64,000 nucleotides of DNA from Epithemia pelagica (Eukaryota; Protista; Bacillariophyta): assembly GCA_946965045.2 (NCBI GenBank), contig OX337240.1, forward strand, positions 2,046,001 to 2,110,000, in the 5' to 3' direction. A program made the translations under genes and the position numbers. A model generated the notes under the pieces. The model worked only from the letters and a program-made list of their open reading frames with translations. It was not told where the DNA came from and ran no database searches. Each line of letters opens with the position of its first letter. Positions within the stretch are counted from its first letter, which is position 1. This document shows, piece by piece, positions 12,091 through 24,046 of the stretch.

Positions 12091-13359
12091 TGGTGAGTAA
12101 AAACATGTACCGAAGACTAAGATATGCTGACTTTTTTGTTGCTGATCATTACAAAATAGAAGATTACAGAGATTCGAGCATCTCAACGTCGAGACCAGTA
12201 TTTTGAAACAGACCATCGAGAAACTTTTTTGTCGAGATTGATCACATTAGGGAGTCCATCACCCAAAAGACACAATCCATCATCGAGTAACTCTGAGACA
12301 TGGAAGCCCAGATCAATTTGGAATCTGATTGAAAGCTCAGAAGGTACCAAGACCACATCACACAGTCCTTCCGAAAAGATTATTGGGAGAACTGTAAATG
12401 CATTATGAACAGCGCACGAATTCGCGGTTGATGCCACCTTTGGAACGGAAGCGAACCCCAACGATGACGACCATCCAATGCCGGATGCCCAAAACAGTAC
12501 ACAGCCGACCAATCACATCTCTCCGTCCCAACTGCCATCTCCCGAGCCTCAAAACCACACGCTCAAACGCGCTGGTGGTGATGCGAGCGCTCCAGGGCTT
12601 GGTGGAATACATCACCGTCGTAGATGGACAAACGATTGTAGACAACATGGACGCAGACCTACGTAACGTGTTGACCCACAATGGTGGCCTATTAGATGCT
12701 ATCTACAAAACACCAGATGGAAAGAAAAAGGGAAACAGAAATGGCTTTAGCATAACCAAAGCGAACGTTCACGAACGAATGAGCCCCCGACAAGAATGGA
12801 GACTGAACCCAACGATTCAAACGAACACAACAATCAAACCAACCAACCCTTACTTATATTTTCTAACGATGTGCCAGACTCGTAGTGCAACCAAACGAGC
12901 TGAATCTGCGAAGGAACAGGATTCTCACACATGTACCGATCGGCTCAATGCCACCCACACAATGGCGAGGACGCTCCAGCACAAGAATCAACCTTGGCCT
13001 GTTCCTATTACGACTATAATACAAGTTCAAAAAGTGCAGACTGTCTCTTCTATGAGTGCAATAATAAGCCTGTAGGAAGTCTTTATGCTAATAGCTTACA
13101 ACGTGTGCATCTTCATTCTTCGTACTTGTTCGTAGCTCGTTGAGTATCATTCACAGGGCGACCAGCTGTTGTGGTTTGTGGTGGTGCTTTCGGAACAGTT
13201 GCTGATTGTTGTGACTTGTTGGTTGCTGATTGTTTCTCTTCGATGAGTCATTCCCCTCTCTTGTTTTCAGGGTGGCTTCACCAGTGAATTGTTGCTTTCG
13301 GACTCGGACACTGTCTCGTTAGGTGGATTGCTGTTTCATTTGTTGTCGCGGCTGCCCTG

Positions 13360-13605
13360 GAGTTTTTGGCAGACGTGGACGCGGTGGTGGTCAAGGTCGC
13401 AACAACAACAATGGAATGGGAACCTCCCAATTTGAAGGTCAAGAGCCATTGCTCAAGGGGTGTGTTTTTTGGACTACACCAAAGATGCACAGGCGAAGAA
13501 ATATATACGCAATGTCGAGCTGCTCATTGGATACATCGGTATAGAGTTTCCAAAATGCAACATGGACTTTCCAAGAGGTGTGGAAAACCTTTGCATGCCG
13601 TCAGA
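13360..13605 (+). mobile_element. gag: Copia gag N-terminal fragment
   Basis: RRGRGG.QGRNNNNG..QFEGQEPLLKGCVF. Clear nucleotide homology to ~61340-61580; frameshifted. Confidence 0.75.
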
Positions 13606-13904
13606 AGAACGATTGGCGTGTCATTGGAACTTCTTTTCCAGCTTGTGGCATTGTGAACAACGACCGGCCGAAGTATGTTGTCGCATGCATTCGTTTATAT
13701 CGTAACAACACAGACTATGGATACTTCCCTGTGGAGGTGTTTCTTCAACCCTTTTGGTCCAAAGATTGTAGTCGCTCATTCCAAGTTTGTTTCGGCCGTG
13801 AAATGTGGGGTGATCATTGTACGGAGACTGCCACTTTGTTGGATACAATGAATTCGTAACAGACACCGACCATTACTGTTAAGGTATCCAACGTTTTCAG
13901 TCGC

Positions 13905-14480
13905 TTGTGGACGGCAACGATTGCAAGAAGCGAAGTACTTTACAAACGATATGTGGCTAAGAAAGCATTCAAAAACTGTTTCTTGTTGGCCAAGTTCTTT
14001 CGGGAAAACAAGGTTCTCCCTCATCCAAGCTATGAGGTTCAAATTGGGAAGGAGCCAGGAGCACCCAATCTGTTCATTCACATGCCAGAAGCAAAAGTTA
14101 AGTTTGAACGCTGGGCAAGGCAAAATCTAAGCACTCTTTTGACAGGTTTGAACGCTGGGCAAGGCAAAATCTAACCACTCTTTCGACAGAAACAGCTCTT
14201 GTCTACATTAGTCAAACATTGCTTCCGGAGATGTATGACATGGTCGTAGAAGAGTGTGCATCAACGAACACACGCCCTGTGACATACGACGAATTCTTGG
14301 CCGGCACGAAGCTAAGCACCATTTCGAAAAACACAGCATGGCGCTGCGCGCATTGCTGCTGCAGAGTTGGTGTTCAAGGAACACAAGATAATGTACTGGT
14401 GTTCAAGGAACACAAGATAATGTACTTCAACGATCGACACGAAAATGATGATATACGCCGTGTGGTATGGCAATTTATCC
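13905..14480 (+). mobile_element. Tc1/mariner (IS630-like) transposase N-terminal remnant
   Basis: FLAGTKLSTISKNTAWR..MYFNDRHENDDIRR resembles the TAWRW..KK.YY.D.HE..D motif of this group. Contains 44-bp and 29-bp local duplications. Confidence 0.45.
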
Positions 14481-14759
14481 TTCACCTTTGCCGTGGTGGC
14501 TCACTGGTTGGCGGCCCTCTCCTCGCCCTGACTGTCATCTGACGTTGATAAGGATAACATGGAAACAGGATGCACAAAAACATGCGGGTCGCTTTCAGCA
14601 CCGTGCAAAACGAGGCAACAATTGCAAAACTTCCTTGAGACAAAGACAATGGACCCCACTACGATTGCATCCGTTTCCACCTGGTCTTGCAAGTCCTTGA
14701 CCTCGGTTTTCAGCCGGAAAACTTGCTCTCGGAGCGTTGTCAGTTCGTTTCACAAATCT

Positions 14760-14935
14760 CCAACCACACTTCCTGTGCTGTTGCTTGGATGAGATCTCAT
14801 TTGCATCCAAATGTGATAAACAAAAATTAGACGCTCGGGTTAAATTCCTCGAGGACAATCCTTCGCAGAAGTATGGTGGAATTGATATTATCTTTTGTGG
14901 CGACATGCGTCAGTTACAACCAGCAAATGGATATA
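14760..14935 (+). pseudogene. PIF1-family helicase fragment (probably Helitron-derived)
   Basis: LDEISFAS (Walker B) and YGGIDIIFCGDMRQLQP (motif III). Confidence 0.65.
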
Positions 14936-14939
14936 TATG

Positions 14940-15440
14940 ATGAAACGTACTACATTGATGAGAGATAAACTCAAGGCCAAGACAGAGTTTCAAGCAATTC
15001 AAGATGCCCGAGACGGCAATGAACTGCTGAAGCTTATAGAGACGACCATGTTCACCTTTGATTCAAACCGACAATACGCAGCTGTGTCGCGCGATCGACT
15101 CAAGGAAGAGTTCTTTGGTTTGAAACGACAACAAAACCAATCTGTGCAAAGTTATTACGACCTATTCAGATCAAAGGTCAAGCTTATCAATGAGATGGAC
15201 AATCTTCTATATGACGAGGACTTTCTCAAAGAAGCGGCCACAAAGAACAAACGCAAGACACCAGATGACACTGACAAACAGAAAGCACTGGAACGCTGCA
15301 TCGCCGTCCGTTTCATTCGGACCTGTGGCAATCGTGCATATGAGGTGCACCTGCAAATTTTTTTCCTGGATTAGCAGAATTTTTACCCGGCGACTTTGGC
15401 TGACGCCAGCGCCGTTTTGGATAACCGGCATAGTATGACA
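14940..15440 (+). mobile_element. gag: Copia gag central fragment
   Basis: MRDKLKAKTEFQAIQDARDGNELLKLIETTMFTFDS..QSVQSYYDLF..YPATLADA. Homologous to ~61725-61870. Confidence 0.75.
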
Positions 15441-16674
15441 AGAAACCCCAATTCCAACAACAATAACAGTTCTGGGAGTGGAAATCGAGGGTTTGCCCAC
15501 AATCACAACCAGAAACCCGTTGGCTAGTTTCATGGTACTGTTCCGTTCAACGGATGATTGTTCTTTTCATCATAGTCTCTGAATGAATAGAGTGTTAGCA
15601 TCTGGTCCTTGGAATGAGGGAAATCCAGTTGAAACAGTAGTCATTACTTACTCAAAAAGAATCATTGGCTCTGACATGTTGAGCAATTTATCTCTTTTCT
15701 GTTGATTCAGATTGCCTTTCTACTTTGTGGAGGTGTGTCGCCATCTATGGAGAAATTAACTGATGAAAACAAGACACAAGGTGACATTCAACGACCAGGT
15801 CCAATAAATCTAGGCTCGAAATCTCGCCCCATTGAAATCCAAACCAGCTTGGATCCCCCGTATAGATCATACGGTCTTCTCCATCAGGCAACTGGAGTCC
15901 ACGTGGCGGTAGACAAGGAAGAAATGCTTGCCGACTTTATCCACACGGGATGGGTACTCAAAGAATATTTGCTCGCCCGTCAGACAAGAATAAATGGTAG
16001 ATGAACCCACAGTTACCCACTGGAATGATGTCTTGATCGGCCAGGGCCACTCTTTTTTACAAGGATACGTCGAGGCAAACAACGGCACCGATCTCCGCCA
16101 GTCAAGACGGAAGCGGAGGCACCCCTCTATTTCCTCCAGCCGACAAAATGCAGTCGTCTATGAGAAAACCAGCCCAGGATGAGTCCGACACAGCACCAAG
16201 GACAGTGGAATACGACTCCATGTACCCAGATCACAGCGACGAGGACAAGACCCGTGAGACTCGATGGATGTAAGTATTGTGTGTTGTTTGTAAGCGGAGC
16301 TGATTGATCCGGTATAGCGCCCTATCAATCAATGGATTTCCATCCATTAGGAAGCGCCATGATCGGACTATCGATTAAGACTAAAGACATTCCGTTCCTG
16401 GTTGATTGGTGGAAGTTGGAAAAGTTTTTAAGTAATTTCATGGACTGCATTCTTTTGGGAAGTCCCGGTGATTCTCCTTTTACTTCCCCAATCAAATGGA
16501 CATGATCCACTACATTGAATATGTCCATTACAGTGAATCTAGGACGATTAATGAACAGACCCAACTCTAAAAAAGGAAACCGTCAATACTTCTACCACCA
16601 CAACTTTGATTGTCAAGGAATTCATTGTTTGTGATGCAATCATTTCGATTCAATGGATATTCACAGCAATGACC

Positions 16675-17030
16675 CATGAAGTTTCATTGATATTTACCAA
16701 AAGATATAAACTTGACCACCTGCTGGAACCACTTTTTTGTGATCAAGTCTGTCAGAATGTTCTATATACAAATTAATACAATGCAGACTTACCACTGCTT
16801 CACACTAGCCACAATGGCCTCTGTTTTGTCGTTTGCTTATTGATTGTTGTGTTTGTTCCACACACAGGGAGGTGATGTGTTTCTTTCTTGTAGAGTTAGC
16901 ACCAAGGTACGAGTGGGATCCAAAACTTTCATGTTGTTGTTCCTGGTTGATTGGTGGAAGTCGGAAAAGTTTTTAAGTAATTTCAGGTTGCCCATATCTC
17001 ATCTTGCTTGGCAAACTGGTCCATGGCGAT
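16675..17030 (-). repeat. 356-bp dispersed repeat, inverted copy of 42174-42529
   Basis: Reverse-complement match; only about two mismatches noticed by eye. Confidence 0.95.
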
Positions 17031-17330
17031 ATATAAAAACCATACCAGTCCAACCAGTTTTGAACAAGTTTTACACCAGGAAGTTTTCTTGGGAATGTAG
17101 GGACAATCAAGCTGATTTTTCAGCCAGCAGAAGAGAAAAATCCAGGAGGAGCTATAGGCATGATCCAAGCAGGTGTAGACGGTACATTCAGAAACCGACT
17201 CATGTTCTCATTGAATATTGTTGTTCCCAATGACCCTGCACTTCGTGTGCAACCAAAGCCCCCATGTGACAGCATACCGTCTCCCGCAATCAGATTGTAA
17301 ACGCTCATCATCTCACATTTCTTCATCGAC
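16990..17330 (-). pseudogene. Possible DUF6589-like transposase remnant (middle region)
   Basis: NLIAGDGMLSH and DHAYSSSWIFLF..LDCPYI..LVGLVWFLYIAM. Linked through the 42 kb copy to the QLMPFF motif of the 24047 fragment. Confidence 0.3.
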
Positions 17331-18600
17331 AACTTCTGCCGGTTATGAATGCGCGTGAGGACCAACATACATACTGAGCAATCATCAGGCTGAAAAGAAC
17401 CACAGAGACGTCAGATTGTGGTAATGCCTGAAACAAAGAGCTGTCACTTATTTCATGGTCATACGGCATGTTAGTTCCCTTTTGATTTTCATCGAAGTAC
17501 TCCCTTCTCTCCTTTAAAATATAAACATCATCTCATGCCACTATCTTCTATCTCCATTGATGACAATATCTGGTTCCCTCAAAGAGTCGACTTTCTTTTC
17601 ATTCATTGCATTTGGAAGGAATGTGTTCCTTGGAGCCCAAACTGATGAAGACTTTGGATACTCGGTCGTTGTGACTATGGCGGTGGAGCCGGAAAAGCTG
17701 GAGACGGGCTGCAGACAGGCAGAAAGTAACTTTGCGCCACTTAGATATTCTCATTCTTAACCCACAGGTTTTCCACTCTGTTCAAAAAATACATAAAGAC
17801 TGCCATGGTGGGCAAGAACGACAACACAATTACTCTTACTGATCTAGAACAATGTATTTGTGACTTCCTTGAGGGAAAGTAGTGCGTTACTGTAATTCTT
17901 ACTTCATGAGCTAACTTTACTTCTTTTTATTGACTGAGATGGCTTGGACCGATTCAAGCGCATCTTGTTAGGAATATCATGATGGTGATCCCACTATGTG
18001 AACCCGTGATGGGCGTTAGCTGGGAGTCTAACTGGGAGTCAGCATAGGAAGTCGACTCCCACGGGAATACAAAACATTATTTCAATATGAGGAAACAGCT
18101 AGTCTAGAAGTGTTTAAGCACATTTCGAAGCAAAAGAAGATCACTCTATGATGGATAGACTTTTTGTTTCTCCTGGAAAAGCCTGCCGAGGCTTTTACTG
18201 TTGATCACGAGTGGTTTCAAAAAAAGATAATATTTCTTGTACACCACCAGCACATTGATAATCCGTGTCCCACCAATCCAGTTGACGATAACACCCCCTC
18301 CTTGTAACCAACAATCCCTTCCTCCATTCTCCACCGACAATGCCGCGTATTGGGTCGCCTACTTATGCTAAAGTTGTAGCAAACAAAGCAACTACGGCAG
18401 CAAAACCCCCATTGGTAATCACCTCGAGGAAAAATAAATGCAGCCGATCCTCGAAAAGCCGTCCATAAGGAAAGCTCCACCGAAGCTCGAAAAAAGTAAC
18501 TCCACTGTGCGGACAGACGGCAACAACGTCCAAGAAAGTGCCTCAATCGTCGTCGAAGAGTACCATCGGAATCGCTTTGTCGCCTGCTGTATGATGAGAG

Positions 18601-18925
18601 ATCCCTGATGCAGGGTTTGGACTGTTTGCCCGCAAAGAAGCGTATGATAATGACAAGATCATTAGAGTCTGTTGCTTAGAGGATAGTATGTCCAAGAAGC
18701 TCAAGCGCAGTGAGCACACTATGACTGGCCTAGGTCATGTGGTATACGCTGATGCAAAGAAGCACTTCTTCATGGGATTGTGCATGATGATCGATCCACG
18801 CTGGGACAAAGAGCAAGACCCAGAAGACGGGCATTGCAATGTTAGGTGCAATAGCAACCTGCTTGTTGTTGCATGTGTAAGAATTGAATTGGGAAAAGAG
18901 CTTTATTGTCCTACAATCTTGGTAA
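18601..18925 (+). pseudogene. SET-domain protein remnant
   Basis: One frame reads IPDAGFGLFARKE..KII ... MIDPR ... CNV ... VVACVRIELGKELYC, then a 1-nt frameshift to SY. Matches SET motifs AGxGLFA, NDP and GEEL..Y. Confidence 0.55.
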
Positions 18926-19130
18926 AGAAGGAGTGGACAACAGGTATCCAGAAGACAAAGTGATTGACACTGATAATGATATCAATGTTGAAAGATTTAG
19001 GATCAGTTTTCGGATCATTGCCATGCACCCTGAAACAGCCTGGATACATCTTCAAACTACAGATGTTATGATTGCTAAGATTGACATGTCAAAGGTTGGT
19101 CTTCACAATGTTTTGACAGCAAACTATTTT

Positions 19131-19454
19131 ATTAGACATTATGACAAAGAAAGAGTGCATTTCTACATTGTTGGATTTTCAAATAAAACAGTACAAAAGT
19201 GGGCTTGGTTCATCATGGAGAAGATATCATAGAAAACATACAACTTACTGGGAACTTGATGCCCTGATCAGGCTTCATGGAGCCTGTATTTTGTTAGATA
19301 TTATGACACAGAAAGAGTGCATTTCTATGTTGTTGGATTTTCAAATAAAACAGTACAAAAGTGGGCTTGGTTCATCATGGAGAAGACATCAAAGAAAACA
19401 TACAACTTACTGGGAACTTGATGCCCTGATCAGGCTTCATGGAGCCTGTCTTTG
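19131..19454. repeat. Tandem duplication, 162-bp period
   Basis: Units start at 19131 and 19293 with few mismatches. Confidence 0.95.
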
Positions 19455-19826
19455 ACTACCATTATAGCTTGTCTTCCTTGGTGGGGCGCAGGTTGATAAG
19501 CCTAGAAATAATTTTTCTTAAGTAAATTTTCCCAAGACTGTTTTTTTGCTCGTCACTTTTTCCAGCTGCGAGCTCGTCGGACTCCTCAATACAGTGGAAG
19601 CATTCAACTGTGACTGCGTGTAGGCCTCCTTATCGGGGCGCGCTCGTCGGTACTTAGGACTTCTCGTCGGGCAATTAGCTTCTCGTCGTGGACCGCGTAA
19701 GGTCCGCCTTGGCGTACTTACTTAAGCGGTCCACTTCTCGAAGCTATTGCCCTCCTCGTCGTCCTAAGCCCTCCTCGTCGTGCCCCTCTACGTCGGCACT
19801 CCTAGCAGTCAAAGTAGATATACTAC
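19455..19826 (+). mobile_element. Small non-coding mobile element bounded by ACTAC direct repeats (copy 1)
   Basis: ACTAC at 19455-19459 and 19822-19826; empty site at 19942-19946; second copy at 33349-33691. No TIRs and no real ORF. Confidence 0.75.
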
Positions 19827-20045
19827 TTAATCTGCTTCGACCAAGTTGTGGTCAACTTCTTGTTGTACATACAACTTACTGGGAACTTGATGCCCTGATC
19901 AGGGGAAATGATCAGGGACTCTTTCATGGAGCGTGTCTTTGACTACTGAATCTGCTTCGACCAAGTTGTAGTCAACTTCTTGTTGTACATACAACTTACT
20001 GGGAACTTGATGCCCTGATCAGGCTTCATGGAGCCTGTCTTTGAC
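19827..20045. repeat. Tandem ~100-120 bp units sharing catacaacttactgggaacttgatgccctgatcagg with the 162-bp repeat
   Basis: The motif recurs near 19238, 19400, 19867 and 19987. Confidence 0.9.
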
Positions 20046-21779
20046 TTGATCAGGGACAAAGAGTCCAGACTCTTTAATGAATATGGTGTTTGGATGAAAA
20101 AACTCTATCATCACCATTCTTTTGGCAAATGGCAACTTGGCAAATGGCAAAAGCATAATAGATGAGAACCCTGACAGAATGGTCAAGTGTACAATTGGTC
20201 AGTTGATGTAGGATTCTGTAAGGAACCTAAAGATGAAACTAGAAATGAAAAATGATAAAGAATATGTTTGAGACAATGCACAAGGTCATGACTGCAGAAG
20301 ACAAGAAAATGAGTAGTACTTATGATTTGAATAATCCATGTGGCCACTTCTACATTTACCACCCATGAGATACAACCACCACCCACCCATATCAACCTGA
20401 CAAGGAATACACTATACTGGCTGAATACAGCATGGAATGTCATCTCCAAAAAGACTACAAGCACAGTCGCCTTGTCTTTGAATTCTGAATTGTTTGAGTC
20501 ATTTGGGGCCTCAGCCCAGTAGTTCAGCCCAGTAGTTCTCCACTTCACTCACAAGCTAGATGCAGGAACCAAAAATTCATCAAACTTCTTTGCTTGTTGC
20601 TGATAGTGTAAGAACAGTATGTGACTATTTCAATATATCACTATAAAGGTTCCTGAAAGACAATTCTAATAGTGACTCATTTGTCTTGCTACTGTTCTCC
20701 GTCTGAACATTGTGTCTGTTAGAGCTGAGAGGGTCTCACTTTCATCTTTATCAATGATCAATTGCAGTTTAATCATTTTGTCAGCCATCAATCAAACTAC
20801 TTTAATCTTTGCACTGTCCCAAGGTGGTTCTCCTTACAGGTACAGACCATTTGTCAGAAGCTGGAGCAAAATGGAGGAGTGGAAGATAGAATCTTTCCTT
20901 CCATCAGTGAGGGTAGGCACAGCTTGGACGGCCATGGTAACTGAATGTCCTCGTAGGACCGACCAGTCGACCCACTCACAGAAGACATGTTCCAATCCTC
21001 GGACTAGTCACATCAAGGCTTCCTTGTCCTTCCATGTTAACGACTTCTCCTTTGAGTCTACGATGCCAGGAGCTCCTCGATTTGCACATTGGCCCAAGGT
21101 TCGGAGACATGTCGGGACTTCCCTCTCTGTTGAGGTGGACGTGTTCCTTCCATTCCAACGATTCAAATATATCCATGATCTTCTGTTTGACAGGAGTTAA
21201 CACGTTGTCCTTGTTGGAAACGTTCCCATCCTTGTTAGAAATATTCTCCTTATCCCTCGCTGCCGCTGCCAAGACGCGTGTTCGTTGTCTTGCAACCGCT
21301 TTCTGTTGACTTCAATAGTTTGGATTTCAGACTGCTAAGGGTGGACGCCTCGTTGGGGCAGCATTTGCTGATGTACTGGTAGTGACACCTGTCATCTTGA
21401 TCTTGGTAGCTCTGTCCAATTTATGACAAGGATTGGAACATGAGGATGACAGCAAGTCTTCGACATGGTTCAGATTTGATAGCATTCAAATTCAAACACT
21501 CCATGTGTTGAATCATTGTCCTTGGGGTAAGATATGAGGATGACCATCGTTCTTTTCAAGTACTACATCATACCCTGTTTCGAGTAATCACACGACCAGA
21601 CTCAAGACTTAGGAAATAATATCTGCCCTGTCTATTGTCTATTCCCGGTTGGTCGTAGTGCGATCGCACCGATGGTTCATGACATCATTGTATTGTCATG
21701 CTGTTCGTGAGTTTGCACGTATTTGCCGAATTCAAATCGACAGTGAGGGTTGAAATTGACTTTCTCCCCGGTCATCGAA

Positions 21780-21940
21780 ATATACGAGACGACGATAGAT
21801 TGGAAGATCGAGGACGACGAGGGAGAGATTCACACGATAACACTCCCAAGATCCTTCTACATCCCCTCAACATTGACAAAGCTATTATCGCCCCAACACT
21901 GGGCTCAAACTGCAAAAGACAAGTCGCCAACTCCATGAGG
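21780..21940 (+). mobile_element. pol: Copia pol fragment (protease-adjacent)
   Basis: TIDWKIEDDEGEIHTITLPRSFYIPS..KLLSPQHWAQ. Confidence 0.65.
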
Positions 21941-22030
21941 AACGCGATGCATTACTTACAGTAATGCAACCGAACTCAAATGGGGGCAAGGCAAGTATCG
22001 CCGAACGATACCACTGAACACACGCGGGTC

Positions 22031-22490
22031 TTTGCCAAGCAGTGGCGGCACCTCCAGATGAAAGGAGGCAATATACGCTGTGTGGCCAGGAGTTTTATCA
22101 CGAACCTTGGCTGTTGTCGCCCGTTGATTTGCCGCCTTTTCTTCATCAGGACTCGCATCGGAAGTCCGCGAGAGACAAGAGAGACACCGCGTCAACATAC
22201 ACTTGTGGATCGGCGGTGGCGTTGTGCAACTCTAGCCAATCACACAATGGGCCCTTGAAGGGAAAATGATCGAACCAATGGTGATCGAGTCCGAGTCTGC
22301 TTGTTCCTGCAGTGCGTGCAGTTCCACTCGCATCTGTTTCAATTCCTCCTTCAGCGCTGTGAGATTCTCCTGAGACCCGTTAACACCATCATCGTGTGGC
22401 GTCTCAAACCTGACTCCGACCGAAGACAAACCCGAGCGACGGCCTGTTTGTCCCTCCAAATCAGCACCATCTGTCGACCACGAAAACATG
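22031..22490 (-). pseudogene. Frameshifted ORF of an unidentified conserved, probably TE-borne, protein family
   Basis: SITIGSIIFPSRAHC / WLELHN..VYVDAVSLLSL / NQRATTAKVRDKTPGHTAYIASFHLEVPPLLGK. Homolog at 47778-47876 differs mostly at synonymous sites. Confidence 0.5.
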
Positions 22491-22829
22491 GCAAAGTTTT
22501 TCTTGTCGGTGCTTAAGGATGTCCCTTCGGTTACCGTTGATGGAAACTCTCGGCAATTCTGTGTAAAATTCTTCAGTCTTCAATTCTGCCGAGGAGGAAA
22601 CGAATGCTACTTCAGTCATGCCGACCCTTCTCAACACGGGAAGCAAGACGAACTCAATACCTACTTCCAGAATGCGTAGCGGAAAGCTCGCAGGCAGAAC
22701 TCCTGACTGAATGTTGGGTCGTCCGTTGCCACTTCCTTGACACCACCCCCAACTCTTCGACCTCCTTGCCCAAACCGTTCGGCCGAGATTGCAACTGATG
22801 ACTCACCGTTAGATCCTTCATTCAGAAAC

Positions 22830-23131
22830 GACTGTTCGTCGGTGGTGTCTCCTTTGGAGTTATCGTGGTACCAGACAACGTCGAAGAAAGTGAAGTCTAG
22901 CCACTCGGATATGTCTGGGGTATTCTCAGTAAGTCGCTCCAGTCCAGTACGATTCTTCTGTCCCCGAGCGACGCGGCTTAGGATACCTGCCTCGTAGATG
23001 AGTCCGTAGTCCCACAACCGTTTTGGTACCTGTAAGTCTGCCATTAGACGCTGCCATCGTTGTTTCAACAGCCCAATCACACACTCCGCCTTGTGGTTCT
23101 GTTTTCCTGTACCTTTCTCACAACATTTCAT
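22830..23131 (-). mobile_element. pol: Copia integrase core C-terminal fragment
   Basis: QNHKAE..GLLKQRWQRLM..RLWDYGLIYEAGILSR..RTGLE..TPDISEWLDFTFFDVVWY. Confidence 0.85.
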
Positions 23132-23339
23132 GTCGATTCGATGATGCCGGACTAGTTTCGAGAAAAGAGTAGACGCACCAGTTTGCTCACCAGCCAGGTC
23201 GGCAGTGAGCCTTCGACCGGTTGGGTCGTGCGTTGTTGTTGTTGCTGCTGCTGACGATGATGGGGCGATGAAGGTAGAGTCTCCCAGTAACCTGCATAGT
23301 TGGGTTGATTGTAGGACGGAGGATGTCCATGGTACTGCG

Positions 23340-23522
23340 GCGGAGGATGACTCGTTGGAAGATGAGGATAATGCATTGGAGGATGAGGATAATGCAATGG
23401 AGGATGAGGATAATCCGTCGGAGGGTGATGATTGTACTGCGGCGGAGGATAATTGTATTCACAATTATTACTGCGGCGGAGGATAATTGTACTGTGGCGG
23501 AGGATAATTGTATTCACAATTA
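23340..23522. repeat. Minisatellite cluster (21-bp ggaggatgaggataatgcatt and actgcggcggaggataattg units)
   Basis: Directly visible. Minus strand translates to HYPHPP / YPPPQY repeats. Confidence 0.85.
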
Positions 23523-24046
23523 CTCGGGCGTGGCCGAAAACCTTGATGGCCGAAAACTTGACACCATCATGGTCAAATATAAAAAAGGAAGAGCAAATTC
23601 AGTATCATCTTTTTCTTTCCAAGAATCATGTGGCGCTTTCTCCCTGGGTTGTTCAACGCTCTGATAAACTGTGTCGCCCCAAAGCCACATCGTCTCGGCG
23701 ACACCGGTAGACTGTGCATTGAATCCAACTCAGCACATCCCGAACGCGGGACTCGATCCCGGTGCAAACCCAAGTCGTGTGGCCTACAGCCCGTGGTGCG
23801 ATAGGTCATACCAGTGTGATCCCTGCAGCGTATCCTGGGTTGAAATGTCATACGCTTATGTTCCTTCCCCAGAGACTTCGATGGGGCCGTGGATGATGCA
23901 GAGGACTGAGTCCCCGTCTGATGTGGGGAGCTTGAGGTTCTTCCTCTCCTGACTGTTGTTTCTCTTCTTCCAACTGTGGCTCCTAGTGGCTGAGATGCCA
24001 AACGCTCGAGTTTCTAAATCGACAGGTCCGAGAGTCGAAGCAGTGG

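Noticed and set aside
17962-18120. tgttaggaatatc as a possible LTR start
   Set aside because: No second copy, polypurine tract or primer-binding site to support it.
19238-20025. 36-bp motif repeated four times with intervening sequence (CRISPR-like look)
   Set aside because: The intervening sequences are themselves homologous or a TE insertion, spacing is irregular, there are no cas genes, and the context is eukaryotic.
20340-20522. TTHEIQP..NTAWNVIS resembling a pogo DDE C-terminus
   Set aside because: Too short and degenerate; the key LD motif is missing.
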